Positions 24,735 to 37,423 of a stretch of 64,000 nt of DNA are shown here, piece by piece. The stretch lies in NCBI GenBank assembly GCA_040285825.1, contig JAUPSS010000002.1, forward strand, positions 3,286,001 through 3,350,000, written 5' to 3'. How positions within the stretch are numbered: position 1 is the first letter of the stretch; the number at the start of each line of letters is the position of its first letter. A program made the position numbers and the translations under genes. The notes under the pieces were generated by a model. The model was not told the origin of the DNA, ran no database searches, and saw nothing but the letters and a program-made list of their open reading frames with translations. The stretch comes from Eukaryota sp. TZLM1-RC. Taxonomy: Eukaryota > Protista > Metamonada: BaSk clade.

Positions 24735-26693
24735 CTATTTTACATAAATACTACACAAATGATCATAAATTGTGACAAAATCACCCAAAATTTCACCATC
24801 TTGAGCTTCATTCTCAAAATTTTGACCTCCTTCACCATTAAGTATCATATTTGCAGTAGAAACTATCTGCTGACCAAGATTAGAATGACAATTGTGCGTT
24901 CTTTCAGATTTTTCGTGAACCTTATCGGTAACCTGAGACAATTCTACCTCAGAATTACCCGATTCGATAGCATTTCCTTCCAGAATATTCAGCTTTTTCA
25001 ATAATAAATTAAGAGAGATTTGGCTAAATTCAAAACCAATTGTGACAAGTTCTTCATTTAATTCTGGAGAGTTTTCTGAATTGAAAAGGTGATTAAAAGA
25101 GTTAATTGTTGAGCCATTTAATGTGAAATCTTGTGCTAGTATAGAAAAAAATGAATCACTGAAGCTACCAAATAAGGAACTAATTATGTTTTGATTGATC
25201 AGCCCAATAAATAGTAATTTTTTTAAAAAATAATAGAAAACATAAATTTCCTCCTTATTAATTAATTGCAATGCGAGATAATATAAAGAGTTAGTCATCA
25301 AAAGAGTGAATTCAGCGTCTAATTCCAATACATTTTCACAAATATTCATTAAGAAACCAACAAATACCATCATACTACAAGTAATTCTTGAACTATTTTG
25401 ACTCAAACAATTATAAAAAGATTTCTTCAAAAACTCAATTATTGGCATTTTGATATTGACAAGATTTGTTTCAATTAGTGTTTTCTTAATAAATACTGAA
25501 AGACAGATATAAATTCTATCTGAATGGATTCCACTAGTGTAATCAATGCAGTTTCTGATTATGGATGAAACAATCAAAGACCTATCGAGACCAATCATAT
25601 CTGATCTGACAAATGACATAAAGAGCTCACACAACAAATTGATTGGCTCTACACAGTTAAAAACCGTTTCCGATTCAATCAAATCAATCAAATCAACAAA
25701 CTCTTCTTGACTTTCTTCCATTTTCAACACCAATTCACTCAACACACTGCAACTCTGACCCAGCGATGGAACAAAAGCATGACAAACATTGCAAGAAAGA
25801 TTAACAATAGTTGATAGTAGAGATTCAACCATGGTCTTGTTAACAGTCCTAGGTGTTATTGATGGAATTTTGTGTAGTAGCGAAAGATAACAGGCTTGAA
25901 ATAATGAAGAATTGTCAGAATTTGAAGGCAAAAATAAAACTATTTGAGGTAAGTCCATGTAATTATTATCAAACTTTGCCAAATAATTAATAAAAGAATC
26001 AGTAAATAAAGAAACACCAATAGAACCATTAAAACTAATTAAAAATAGAATCAAACTGTAAATGGGGTTACTAAATTCCAAGTTTAAGACATCAGACAAC
26101 GACAATTTATCAAAATCAAAATCAACTCGGTCAAAATCATCAACATTTTGAGTTGTAAACGCGATGGGAAACGTCATCAGATCAAAACACGCAGGAAAAA
26201 CCAGTGGTAGATAATCAGTGAATGAATGTGTAAGTAGCTCACTCAGTTGCTTAATAGTGAGTATTGCAAGATTAACATTAGTTGATAGTAAATGAAGAAT
26301 ACACTGGACAAATTCAGTAATTCTTCGAACGTGGCGCGATGAATCATGTTTGACAAAGGAGACCAACAGTTTGGTGGCAGGAAGAGGATGGTTGGCCTCG
26401 AATAGAATTCTTATTGAACGAATGACATGGAACTCGTAGGTGGAGAGGTGAGTGGGGAGGGAGCTAACGAGGGAAGAGAGAACATGGGTGGAGTTATTAA
26501 TGTGTAAGGTACGGTTGCGATAGCATGCATGGGAGATGAATACTTCTATTTGCTTACCTATAGAACGAAGTCTGTGGGAATGAGAGGAGGCATATGAGAT
26601 GAGTTCTGAAAGAGATTCATCACTTGTGCTTCTAAGAGCATAGTCGGTGATGCGACGATATCGAGGGTTTGCCTTGCAGCAACATCCACCCAT
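24735..26693 (-). CDS. EFR3: EFR3 homolog (plasma-membrane scaffold of the PI4KIII-alpha complex)
   Basis: N-terminus MGGCCC..PRYRRI.D with a Cys cluster, then L..YA.S...RL..IG, followed by an all-helical body. The C-terminal part is divergent. Confidence 0.8.
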   Translation of the reverse strand: MGGCCCKANPRYRRITDYALRSTSDESLSELISYASSHSHRLRSIGKQIEVFISHACYRNRTLHINNSTHVLSSLVSSLPTHLSTYEFHVIRSIRILFEANHPLPATKLLVSFVKHDSSRHVRRITEFVQCILHLLSTNVNLAILTIKQLSELLTHSFTDYLPLVFPACFDLMTFPIAFTTQNVDDFDRVDFDFDKLSLSDVLNLEFSNPIYSLILFLISFNGSIGVSLFTDSFINYLAKFDNNYMDLPQIVLFLPSNSDNSSLFQACYLSLLHKIPSITPRTVNKTMVESLLSTIVNLSCNVCHAFVPSLGQSCSVLSELVLKMEESQEEFVDLIDLIESETVFNCVEPINLLCELFMSFVRSDMIGLDRSLIVSSIIRNCIDYTSGIHSDRIYICLSVFIKKTLIETNLVNIKMPIIEFLKKSFYNCLSQNSSRITCSMMVFVGFLMNICENVLELDAEFTLLMTNSLYYLALQLINKEEIYVFYYFLKKLLFIGLINQNIISSLFGSFSDSFFSILAQDFTLNGSTINSFNHLFNSENSPELNEELVTIGFEFSQISLNLLLKKLNILEGNAIESGNSEVELSQVTDKVHEKSERTHNCHSNLGQQIVSTANMILNGEGGQNFENEAQDGEILGDFVTIYDHLCSIYVK

Positions 26694-26739
26694 TAATAAA
26701 GAGTCTTTGTGGGTGGATAAAATAAAAAAAGCTGTGACT

Positions 26740-27022
26740 ACCCTTCATCTTGCTTTTTTGAAATTACAAAAATCTGTTTTAAATGGTTTGGAAGACCTGG
26801 TTTTTCTAAAAGACTTAGTGTGACTAAGATTAATAATACCGTCTTTGCTGCCTTTTTGTCAGACATTCAAAATTGCACTAGTTTAATTTCTCAGCAACCA
26901 AGGCCATTTGGTCTTCACTTAACAAATGAAGCTTGGAAACAAAACAAGCGTTTGAGATTAAGGTTGTATCCAAGTAGACTTTTGGATAATTCTGCTTGTA
27001 TTTGCAACAAAAAACCGACTGT
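26740..27022 (+). mobile_element. CRE-like fragment related to family A
   Basis: FAAFL.DIQ..SLISQQPRPFGLHL.NEAWK...RLRL matches 4190-4400. Confidence 0.8.
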
Positions 27023-27873
27023 CAATTCAATTCTATATTATATATTGCTATTAATTCAATATTCAATCGATATCAACTCTCACTAAACACTAGTTGATTT
27101 GTTTTTACTTGTGTTGTCCTAAATAACATACCGTCCTTGAGGAAAATGTGGGTGGAAATAAATTGAGATTTAATTGGGATGTTCTGGAAAAATCCCAATT
27201 TTGTTCTTCTACTTGTGAAATTCAACTCACATAGATCTAACTTCCATTTTTTTCAACTAAACCCAAAAATTTCACTTTTTCCTCAAACACATTTTGATCG
27301 ATATGACAAAAGAAAACTGAGTAATTTGTGGAACGAAATTCAAAAATTTCCAGCACCAATTAGTCCACTCCAGAATTGAAACTTGAATTATTTGTCTAAA
27401 TATGAAATTTTACTAACAATTACAACGTTATTTTGTCTTGATTTGATATTATAATATAAGATGCAAAATTTTCCTTTTGCCGTACTGCTATTGATGACAT
27501 TTAAGTATTACTATTTTAGGACATTAGAATATTATGAGAGAATTTCAATTCTATTAGTTGTTATTATTTCTAACCATTATTTGCACACATTGTTTACTTA
27601 ATTATTTTATTTATTTTTTAATTATGATTTCTTGATTCATGTAGACTATATTGTAGCTGAAGGTAACAGCAATTTTTCCCTTTCTGTGGTCCAAATCATC
27701 ATATCATTCGTAAAAAGCATGTATTGTGTGTTGATAATAAACTAATCTACAAAACCAAATACCAGTGTGAAAGAATTGTAAATGCTGGTAAATGAAATTG
27801 AGTATTTCAACAGTTGATAAATCTACATAAATCTACAATTTATTTAATATACACTAAAAAACATATTAAAAAC

Positions 27874-29181
27874 TTATTCAGCAATATAAACCTCATCTTT
27901 CGAAAACAATTCAATCGCATCCTCAATCAACCTCAATTTTTCCATCAATTCTCGTCTCATAGGCTCATTGCCGGCACTTGCCCTAACTTCCAAGTCTCCA
28001 AGGTATTTCTCAGTCAGCTTTCTGTTCTCACACAGTTGCCTTAATGTTTCCTCTTGCTCTTCTTTGGGAACCAACCGTAGTCCATTTTCTTCTTCTTGTT
28101 GTTCTACTGCTCTCGCTAGCTCCTTTTCTTGAATCACTTTTTTCTCTTTCAAATAAGAAGGTAATTCTCCCCTTGGTGTAGTCCTTTGGTTTAATACATC
28201 AGACTTGGAAGTAGTTTTACCATGAGAAAACCTAGTTGATGAGTCATGCTTACGTGGCACTGACGGGGGTTTGGCGCTTGTATGACGTGATCTAGACACA
28301 GTTGTACTTAATAACTTAGATTCAACATTGTTTAACTTCTCTTCCCGTTCTTTCTTGGAGGCAAGTTCTCGTTGTCGTTGTAATTCTTGCTTTTGCTTAA
28401 TTGCTTCTTGCTTTGCTTTTTCTACTTGCTTAACTTGTTGAATGTTACGACGTTGGTAATCGGGACCAACCACTTTACGAGGTGATGCGTCATGCTTACG
28501 TGTCACCATTTCCACTGGTTTCCATTCTTCTGGAAATGGTGATGATAAAAAGGCAGGTTCACGTGATGACAGTCCAATCAAACCCCCTTTCAAAACCGCA
28601 ACATTGGAGACTCCTTTATCTAAGAATTCGATTGCTGTATTTTCAGCGATTAAACCTACTTCATCAATGTCGTAAAGAACAATTACAGAATCTGGTTTGT
28701 TTTTCTAAAATAAGTAAACAAAATAAAATACAATTTTAAATATTTCTGGAGTGAAGACATTAGTAGCTCGCCTAATATGAGCAGAAGGATAGGAATAAGA
28801 GCCGATGATGTGACATTTGGTATACTCATCAGGTGTACGAACATCTAAAACTAATATATCTGCATTTGGTGGTCCCACCCATGGATTATCATAAGGAGAC
28901 GACTCTGTGGTGGTTGAAAAGTCAAGGGAACCCTCTAAATCTGTAGCTAAGGAGCGAGGAGACAATCCTGGCCCTTGAGAGGGGGATATGGGGCCATCGT
29001 TTTGTACATTGCCCAATGAACGTCTGAGAAGAGGGATGAAGCGACGAAGAGATATTCTGGGACACTTTGCGGTCCGTTTGAAGCGAGAGTTGAGTCTGTT
29101 TTCATCATGTTTTTCAAGAAACTTGCGCATATTATAACCAGAATCTACACGAGGTTTAACATTGGAACGACCTGTCTTCAT
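27874..29181 (-). CDS. CEP41-like rhodanese-domain protein fused to an enkurin/ENKD1-like domain; join(29181-28732,28704-27874), 426 aa
   Basis: The 27-nt intron 28705-28731 joins LVLDVRTPDEYTKCHIIGSYSYP..EIFKI to KNKPDSVIVLYDIDE..VLKGG. The same frame ends with GELPSYL..GLRLVPKEEQEETL..IEDAIELFSKDEVYI (enkurin domain). Confidence 0.82.
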
Positions 29182-29859
29182 TTAGAAAAGGAAAGGTTAG
29201 GTGATTTGAAAATGAATTAAAAAGTATTTCAAAAAAAAGTTTCATTTGTGTCAAAGAGTCAGTAATTGTTTTCAATCTGTAGAGTGGGAATATTGTAGTC
29301 TGTACTGCTTACAAAAGACCAACAATTTATTCCTTAACTTTATCCGCAGCTTTTGTGCACTTCACTGTTACGCAATTACCTCATTGAGCTCTTGACGTAG
29401 TCCTTGTGATTCCAAGACAATGCGAAAGGATTTGATAGCCATGTCCAGTGTTGACAAAATAATTTAGGAAATGATCATAATGAAGAAGGCTGAACATTCA
29501 TGGAATTTTTTAATTATCTTGGATCAAAATGGTTTGTGGTACATGATGTACCGTACATCACAGTAATTGAATCAAAATGTTCAGGGTTGACTATGTCATC
29601 CCTGAGATTAAACAATGCTCCACTGAAAGTCGAGCAATTTCAAGTAACCTTCAGCACTGCAGTTGTTATTCCATGAAAAAACGGTTTATTAATTTTCAAT
29701 TGCCTTGTTACCTTTCCACACTTTTGAAACTGTGATGGTATGGAAACACTAATAAATAGAGAGCAAGGAAAAGGTACAAACTACATTAGTACATATAATT
29801 ATTTCGCCATTTTATTATTTTGTTTTATTTTTTTATTTCGCCATTGTTACTTTTTTGTT

Positions 29860-31950
29860 GAACTACAACACTCAATAAAATTAAATCCGATTCAATAAAG
29901 TTAAAATCAATTAACCAAAAATTCCTTTACAAAATCCTGATCTGCTTGACCATTGCTTTTCCTATTCGATAAAACACTGAGGCAATCTATTAATAATGGC
30001 AAACTGAGTTCAAGAGCGCCATAAAAAAATATCATCTCTTTTCATTGTTTTTCTTGAACCATTTTTTGTAAATCATTCAAAAAAGTTCCTGCTTCTACTG
30101 ATAATCTTCCTTGTGTAGAATATGGGAAAGTATATAAAACAAGTGGTCTATTTCTATTAGCATTTGCTTCTTTGATATCTTTGTCCAGCTTATTGAGTTC
30201 TGGGTACCAACAAGTGTATAATATTGCAGCAATATCTTCAACTTATCTCCTAAACACGGGATGAAAACATGTATACATGCATCAAAAGAGATAATTACTA
30301 AAAATTGTGAAAAACAATTAAAGGATGAAAATGAGTTATAATTGATTCCACCATTCCCTTATAAATAAAAAATAAAAAACGCATCTTATTTTGGCCATAA
30401 ACACGATTAAAAGTGTTGCCAGTTCTTTCCTTTACAATTACGCTAATTTTTTGAAGAAATACCGTATCAGCCTTATCTAAGAAACCAAGTGAGGAAAACA
30501 ATGGGACCTGAATTCATTCATAACGCATGTTGAATAGCCTTTTATAAGACGTCCATAAATATAGGGAATTACGTAACTAAAGCAGCAGCAGAACAATAAC
30601 GAATGTGTTTAAAAAAATTCCGAAAAATGGTTTCTTAGATTTGGGCAATCCAAGTCTTCATAATGCGTGCTTTCATTCAATTCAGCAATTTTTTACTTGA
30701 GCATTTCAAGCAAAAACGTAAATTAGGTAGTTATCGAGTTTGGATTTCTTGAACAGGTTGAGGAAGAAACTGGACTAAAATCTCACTAGGCAAGTAATCT
30801 TATTGCTATTACAACTTAGTTAAACAGAAATTAGATACACTATTGATCGGAAGGAAATGATGTCTATTTATAGATTCATTAACTTCTAATGAAGAAGCAA
30901 AAGGTGACCTAAGGTTTGTTACTATATTTGCAACAATGATGAAACATCAAAGGGGAAGTTGGTTTTAAAATACGAGTAACTTCCCTTAATGATAAATTTT
31001 TAGCATAAAAATTTGATATGTTTTTAAATCCACATTGAACAATAGAGCTTTGATCCAGATCATCATTTTTCAATCAATTGTTCAACTGGTGATGCCATTA
31101 GGCAGATGGACGCACGAGAAGAGAGAGAAATATAAGTCGATTGATAAAGAACTCATATTTAAACGGGTTTCGCGTCATTAAACGAAATCCAGAAAAACCT
31201 ACAAACTCTATTGAAGTTAGACAAGAACAGTGGGAATAAATTTCATTTGAATTACCGAGCCCACAGCCAATAAATTTAAACGCTTGTTGATTGTAGTTGA
31301 TACAAAACTTTCTGCACCAGATATAATCAAATCTCTGTCAAACAATCAATGGTCATTTAGATGGGTTCAAAGCCAACTCAATTTCTTTGTATTTGTTGAC
31401 AATATTTCAGAAACGTTGCAAATGTTTTCGAAAAAACTGATAGTAGAAATATCGTCCATATATGCAACAATGTGCAATTTAGGAAAAATTTGTGGGTAGA
31501 TTCCATTATCAAACGAAATTCATTGAACCATGATTTCCGCCACAAAATACTGAAATGCTTGCATTGTAGCCAATGATTCTCTTTTAGGATAGCAAATGTA
31601 TAACAATGAATTAATAATTACGAATAGTATTTGAACGCCCTGTTGAAAGATATCATGTTTCTTTATTTTTTTTCTGGAACCATTGTTTGGTAATCATTCA
31701 AAGAAATTACCTGCTTCTACTGACAGACATTTTTTTGCAGAGAATGGAAAATTCTGGCAAGCATGTTGCTGATTTTTGATAGCATCAACGTCTTCAATTT
31801 TATCATGATTTCCTTAATTGTTTCAAGCTTGTTTAATGACGGGTTTTTTTCTCAAACAAAAAGACCCTTTATACAGGAGATTCTTGCAGTTCTGTCCATG
31901 ATAAAAGCAATGTCTCTCACAGCATGATTTAATGAAGGATGATAAATTTG
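29860..31950 (-). mobile_element. Cluster of highly decayed CRE-like fragments
   Basis: RLE tails at about 29880-30190, 30300-30500 and 31650-31950. RT remnants LHIVAYMDDI, LALNPSK and FKFIGC at about 31250-31490. Confidence 0.65.
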
Positions 31951-32419
31951 CACTTATTTTGGAAATCATCATTAAAATTTAAGCTTGGCAAAAAATGTGA
32001 CAACTTTTGTTGAACTTTTTCATAAAAAAATTGCAAATTAAAACCAAATTAACCAAATTAACCAAATTCAGATCGGTCCGGAATCTCTTCAATTGATTGA
32101 GGGAAATAATAAGTCCAGATTTGAGGTTACAATCTTTCAAGTTCAAATTTTAGTTCATTCAAATATGGGACCTATGAATTGAAAATCTTCATGAAATCTA
32201 CGAGAAAATAATGATTAATGAAATAATTTATTTGAAAAAAGTTTAGAACAAAGTTTAGCCATTTAGATTGCTTAGAGATAGTTGAATTCATGTTAATGAG
32301 CAAACAAAACAGAAACAAAACACTAAAACCATTTCCATACTACAATAAATTACAAATTACTTTACAAAACAATTAAATAATTAAATAATATATTGATTTA
32401 ATATATTTTATATATTGGC

Positions 32420-33424
32420 TTAACCAACATCAATAAAATCTTCTTCTTTTTCTGAAAGAGAACCAGTTGAAAGAATTGAGCTTACACCATCATCAGATTG
32501 TTTAATTCTGACTGGGGTCTGAACTTCAAACACTCTTTGTGGTGGTTCATCTTGGTAAATCCAATCAAAAGATTGATTTATTGATTGCCGAATTGATTGG
32601 CTAGGTGAAATTGATTGATGACTACATGACTGATGAATTGAAGGACCAGTTACTGACTGAGAAAATGATTGCTCTCTGATTGATTGCTGACTATCAGATT
32701 GAGTTGATGATTGACCACCTTCCATAAACGCATTAACCCACTTTGAATGAGAAAGTTTATCCAATGTTGAGGAAAACGAATCTTGGTTATCAAAAGAATC
32801 TTCTACTTGGGGATTGAAAGAAGGTCTGGGTCGGGGAACTTGAATTCTTGGTTCTTCCTGAGAAAGTCTTGTAACGTCCTGATCTTTTTGACCCTGTGTA
32901 GAAAATTTTGACCGAGGTATAGAGATTTGTCTGGACTTTCTCACAAAGTCTTCATCTTTTTGACTCCTTGTCGTGAATTTCGGCCGACCCCTTGCACTTC
33001 CTCTCCTCACATTAGGCTTCATCCTTGGCAGTGGTTTCTGTACACTCATGGGTTCCTTGTTCTGAATAGTGAATGTTGTTGATCTTGGACGTGTAGAATA
33101 ATTGCTGTGTTCAGTTGCTGTATCTGTTGCTGAATCCGGTTGAGGTTTGCTCAACTGAGATGGCATATCTTCTCTCCATGTTGCATCAGCTTTTGTGTAC
33201 TGAACAGGACATGGCTGAGGAGCGAATGGCGAAGTTGCGAGTGCAGCATTTGTCAGTTCCTCTAGCTCCGCCCTAGACAAAGAAGCAGGAGGATGGTGAG
33301 TTGTTATTTTCCCAATGGCAAACTTTAAGAGGAGTTTAAGTACGGAGGTCCATTCGCTCTTGCCATAACGGGATAAGAATTGCCTGATTGTAGGATCACG
33401 GGCTAGTAGAAAATCAAGGTCCAT
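32420..33424 (-). CDS. Hypothetical protein with a short helical N-terminal domain and a disordered S/Q-rich tail
   Basis: Intact 334-aa ATG-initiated ORF with gene-like composition and QSI-type repeats near the C-terminus. Confidence 0.7.
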   Translation of the reverse strand: MDLDFLLARDPTIRQFLSRYGKSEWTSVLKLLLKFAIGKITTHHPPASLSRAELEELTNAALATSPFAPQPCPVQYTKADATWREDMPSQLSKPQPDSATDTATEHSNYSTRPRSTTFTIQNKEPMSVQKPLPRMKPNVRRGSARGRPKFTTRSQKDEDFVRKSRQISIPRSKFSTQGQKDQDVTRLSQEEPRIQVPRPRPSFNPQVEDSFDNQDSFSSTLDKLSHSKWVNAFMEGGQSSTQSDSQQSIREQSFSQSVTGPSIHQSCSHQSISPSQSIRQSINQSFDWIYQDEPPQRVFEVQTPVRIKQSDDGVSSILSTGSLSEKEEDFIDVG

Positions 33425-34899
33425 TCTGACAGATAATGTCTATACTAATGGAGGGGTTAAAGATGTTTAGCAGAAGGGAAGTTTTTCGATCTTGATTTTT
33501 CAGCCAGTTTTCACAAAAAAAAGTCAAATGCTCTATTCTGTCCATTATAAGTACTTTATTACTGTCAATATATTCAATGAAACATTTCGATCTCAATTCC
33601 ACACACAATCACTTGACTTACTCAATGAATTTTGATATTTTTGTCTCTGCTTTTCTACACCTGAAGCAACAACATTTGGTGCAAAACTCATTAATCAAAA
33701 ATCTCCTACAACTAGACTTTTTACACAAAGTTTTGATACTTTCTCCCTTTTCAAAATATTTTGACATCACCAAATCTAATATTACAAAATCCTTTACTTA
33801 ATGAATTCCATAAATCAGGCAGCTCTGCAGCCTTTACTGTGAACTGGGATATAATTGCTTCTCCTTCTACCACAGATTTAGTTTTATGATCATTATTACC
33901 CAATTTAAAAATTAACTAATTTCCTGAATATCATTTAATTTTTGAAGGTCTCTGACTCTCACCAAACATATAATTCTTTAAATAATTCGCAATTTTCGAG
34001 TCAAAATTTCTATGATTTTATGAATTTGTACCTGAAATGAATACATAAAAGATGTTTCCTTAATAACAATAAAGTTTTTTCTCACAATCGTAAAATACTG
34101 ACTTTTAACATAAGTCACCGGCTGTGATGTTAACATAGTTCTACTCCACAATTATTATTTAATAACTATACATGTGGAACACCTGGAGGGGGAGCTTGTT
34201 GCCCAGATTGTTGACCTTGACTCATTGCATTTGGAAGCCTCATTAATGCAACAATAGGTTCTGCTTTTTGTGTTGATGTTCACACATTATTTACAGAGGG
34301 TTGTTAATTGAGGCTTCAAAACATGTAATCTTTTCACCAATGAAATGCAATTATCTGTTGTAATGATCGACTTCATTGATCAAAAAAATAAGCAGAAAAC
34401 AAAATAATGAGGACCAACTCAATCTTGATGCACTGTTGATGATGCCCTCGATGAGATGATGTCTCATGGGGAGAGACAAGAACAAATGGTCCCCTCCTTC
34501 AATCAAATGATGCTGCTGTTAGCGTATGGTTCATCATAAACGAATAAAAACAGGGATGTCCACGGACAGAATATAATAAATCAGGAAATAGATACAACTA
34601 CAAGAATTTAAATCTAAGATGACGTGATCCACCTTCCCAAAAGGGAAAGTCACGTTTAGCTACTGCTAACAATGATTTGTTATCCGAATAAATCGCAAAA
34701 ATCACGACAATTTATCTACACAGATTGGCTGAAACTATTTTTCACTTCAGCCACAATGGCTATTGACATCAGATTCAATCCTCTACATCATCAGCTACAA
34801 GAAATCGTATGTTCTTCGATAAGCTTATTTGTAGAGCGTTCTTACAAAACATTCCGTTCCCAATGAGCAGAAAAAGTAATCAATATTCCACAATGGGGT

Positions 34900-35175
34900 A
34901 TGTTTTTGTTTTTTCGACTAACATTAGCGTTTCTCATCTCGATCATTGTCATCATTGCGGTGATATTCGTTTTTCTTACACAACGTGCATCAGTTCCTGT
35001 AAAGGTGTATGTTTTCTCAGGCACAGTTGTCAGCATCGAATCTGATCAATCCATCGTTGGTTGCAGCATCCCCTTGCATCAAGGTGAAAAAACTCTTGCA
35101 GCTACAACTTATTTGAACGGAGTTTTTCGATTTACCAAGCTACTTCAAGGAGATGCACAAATAGAACTCAGATCA
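34900..35175 (+). pseudogene. Fragment of a TM-anchored protein with a carboxypeptidase-regulatory-like beta-sandwich; ends at a CRE-like insertion
   Basis: Hydrophobic stretch LAFLISIIVIIAVIFVFL followed by FSGTVVS..QSIVGCSI.L..TT..NGVFRFTKL..G. Confidence 0.4.
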
Positions 35176-35179
35176 TTTT

Positions 35180-35963
35180 TCATTTTGTTACGAGGTCTAT
35201 TTTGCAAAACTGTCTCAAAATTTTCAAAAAAATGGAATTCTGAAGGACCAATATTGCCAAAAAAAGAAATTGCAAACGGCACAAACTGATATTTCACATG
35301 TTCGACTCTACCTAATTGTGTCAATGGTTCTTCATATTTTTCTATGTTCTTTTTTTTGGCGTCTGATAGCGGCGAATCAGCTGAATACACCAAACGAGCA
35401 GCAGAATTTTTGCAGACATCTACTGAGACAACATCCACAACATTGAGAACACCATCGATCCCTGGAGCTACTAAATCTGCCCAAAGGAAACATTAGTTTG
35501 ATCTGAAGATAGCTTACGAACTCAAGGTTCAATAAATGCATCTATATTGAAACTTTTGCACATGGCACATAATTGATCACCAACTGAGTCATGAACAATT
35601 GAGCGATAAGTTATAAATTATTTGCAGTTTAAGATATGGGAAAGTGTAACAACACTCTTGCAGCGACAAATTCAATCATTTGGTAACGAACAAGGCCATA
35701 AGAAACATCTCATTCTCATTGTAGTGGTGCATTGGTGATCATTAAGTAGAAGGCCGTAAATGTTAAGAATTTGTGAGATTAGGCAACTTGAGCAACTGTC
35801 TTCAAGATCAATCAAAAAGTTTGCAAAAACGGGATTTTTTTCTTTAGCCAAGCTAAGAGGTACAATATAATCCAAGTTTTCTAAAACTTTCAAGATTTTT
35901 TTCTGCAATTTTGCAAAAGTCGGTGGTAAAGAGAGCAAGCTTCTTGGAGGAAGTTCCACAACA
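35180..35963 (-). mobile_element. CRE-like family B fragment
   Basis: Closely matches 11090-11885 (VDVVSVDVCKNS.ARLVYSADSPL; NIYGLLLND). Confidence 0.88.
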
Positions 35964-36322
35964 TTTAATATTTCCAGGTTTGAACTTCGATGTACTACTC
36001 TCAATTTTAGCCCATTTTTTCATTTTTTTTAAAAAATCTAAAAATCTGACTTCTGTAAATCAGTTGTAGATGATTAGTTTCACAAACAAACAGTGGTGAA
36101 GTCCCATTCTATTGTTTGGCAATCAGTCCATTGCTGAACAAAGTCACTTCGTCTTTTGTTGCCTTGAAACTCTGAGCTACAGGAAAGGAAAGATTCTATT
36201 TTGACATGAACATTTTGTTTAATTTTTTTTTAAATTACTTTCTAGAAATTACCTAAAAAATGAATTTATTTACAATGAAAGCATTTTTGATAAATATGAA
36301 GAATGTCCTGAATGAGAGAACT

Positions 36323-37423
36323 CTAATCCTCCCAATCTGACTCTATTACCTCACGGTCAACAGAAGTCCTGGAGATTCCTGCAGATTCTTCTGGCTCAAT
36401 ATCGCGTACCTCTCTATAAAGGCGACTTCTAGCTCTACCAGGTGTGATCTTGGGAGCCTTCTCCTTTTTCCGTTCTAAAAGTGTAATACCTTGCCTACTT
36501 AGCTGTTCTGCAAGTTTCTTAACTTCCAATGCTTCCGATTCTATACTATCAGTCAAAGCTGGTACAGACCCAGTCATCAACATTCTAGCATCTCTCAATA
36601 TCAACATCGCCTTGAACTCATGGGACCATTCCTCTTGTTTCAAAATTGCTGATGATAGCAAGGATTCAGTTGTTGAATTTCCAGCAATTCTAGCATGTCT
36701 CAAGGCATTTCTTCTCAGTCCATCTCTGACTTCAGTTCTTGCACCACAACCAATCAAAATCTTGCAGACTTCATCATTCCCATATCTAGCTGCTTCCATA
36801 AGGGGTGTTTTTTGAACAGAATCACGTGCATTGGGGTCGGCATTAGAACCCAGTAAGAGCATTACAAATTCCTTGTATCCTCGTCTTGCAGCCACATGGA
36901 GAGGGGTTTCAGAGCATTCACGTGGACCATTGACTTCTGCGCCGAAGCGAATGAGAAAGAGACCAGCATCTATAGAGTCTGTTTGAGCTGAGAAGTGGAG
37001 AGGGGCAAATTTAGTTTCACTTCTTGATAAATCGTTTGGTCCATTACCCCCATCTTGAATTAGCACTTTCAATGCATCTACAGCGTTGCCTATTGCTGCG
37101 TAGTGAATGGCACAATCCCCGTGTATATCGGATGCATGTGGATCTGCCCCATGTCGTAGTAGCATAGTGATACAATGTGGGTGATTATAAAGGGCAGCCA
37201 AATGCAAGGGTGTTGCACCCTCTGAGTCAACGGCATTGGGATCATGGTTTGATTCGAGTAGAAGTTCCAGAACAGCTAGCTTACCTTCTTTTGCAGCAAT
37301 GTGTTGTAGGCTCCTTTTTTCTGGATCAATAGTAGATGGAACTTTGCCTGTTTCTATTGCTTTCCGAAGCTCACTTAATCGAGATGAGGATGATAACAGT
37401 TCTCGCCAAGGTGATACTGACAT
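36323..37423 (-). CDS. Ankyrin-repeat protein
   Basis: About 6-7 TPLH-type ankyrin repeats (GATPLHLAA, ETPLHVAA, KTPLMEAA). Confidence 0.9.
   Translation of the reverse strand: MSVSPWRELLSSSSRLSELRKAIETGKVPSTIDPEKRSLQHIAAKEGKLAVLELLLESNHDPNAVDSEGATPLHLAALYNHPHCITMLLRHGADPHASDIHGDCAIHYAAIGNAVDALKVLIQDGGNGPNDLSRSETKFAPLHFSAQTDSIDAGLFLIRFGAEVNGPRECSETPLHVAARRGYKEFVMLLLGSNADPNARDSVQKTPLMEAARYGNDEVCKILIGCGARTEVRDGLRRNALRHARIAGNSTTESLLSSAILKQEEWSHEFKAMLILRDARMLMTGSVPALTDSIESEALEVKKLAEQLSRQGITLLERKKEKAPKITPGRARSRLYREVRDIEPEESAGISRTSVDREVIESDWED

Noticed and set aside
22962-27102. 17-bp direct repeat AACACTAGTTGATTTGT (22962-22978 and 27086-27102) as a TSD around EFR3
   Set aside because: No poly-A or element end precedes the second copy. 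By rough estimate, one such match is expected by chance in 64 kb of AT-rich DNA.
32041-32068. AACCAAATT x3
   Set aside because: Simple slippage repeat with no associated structure.
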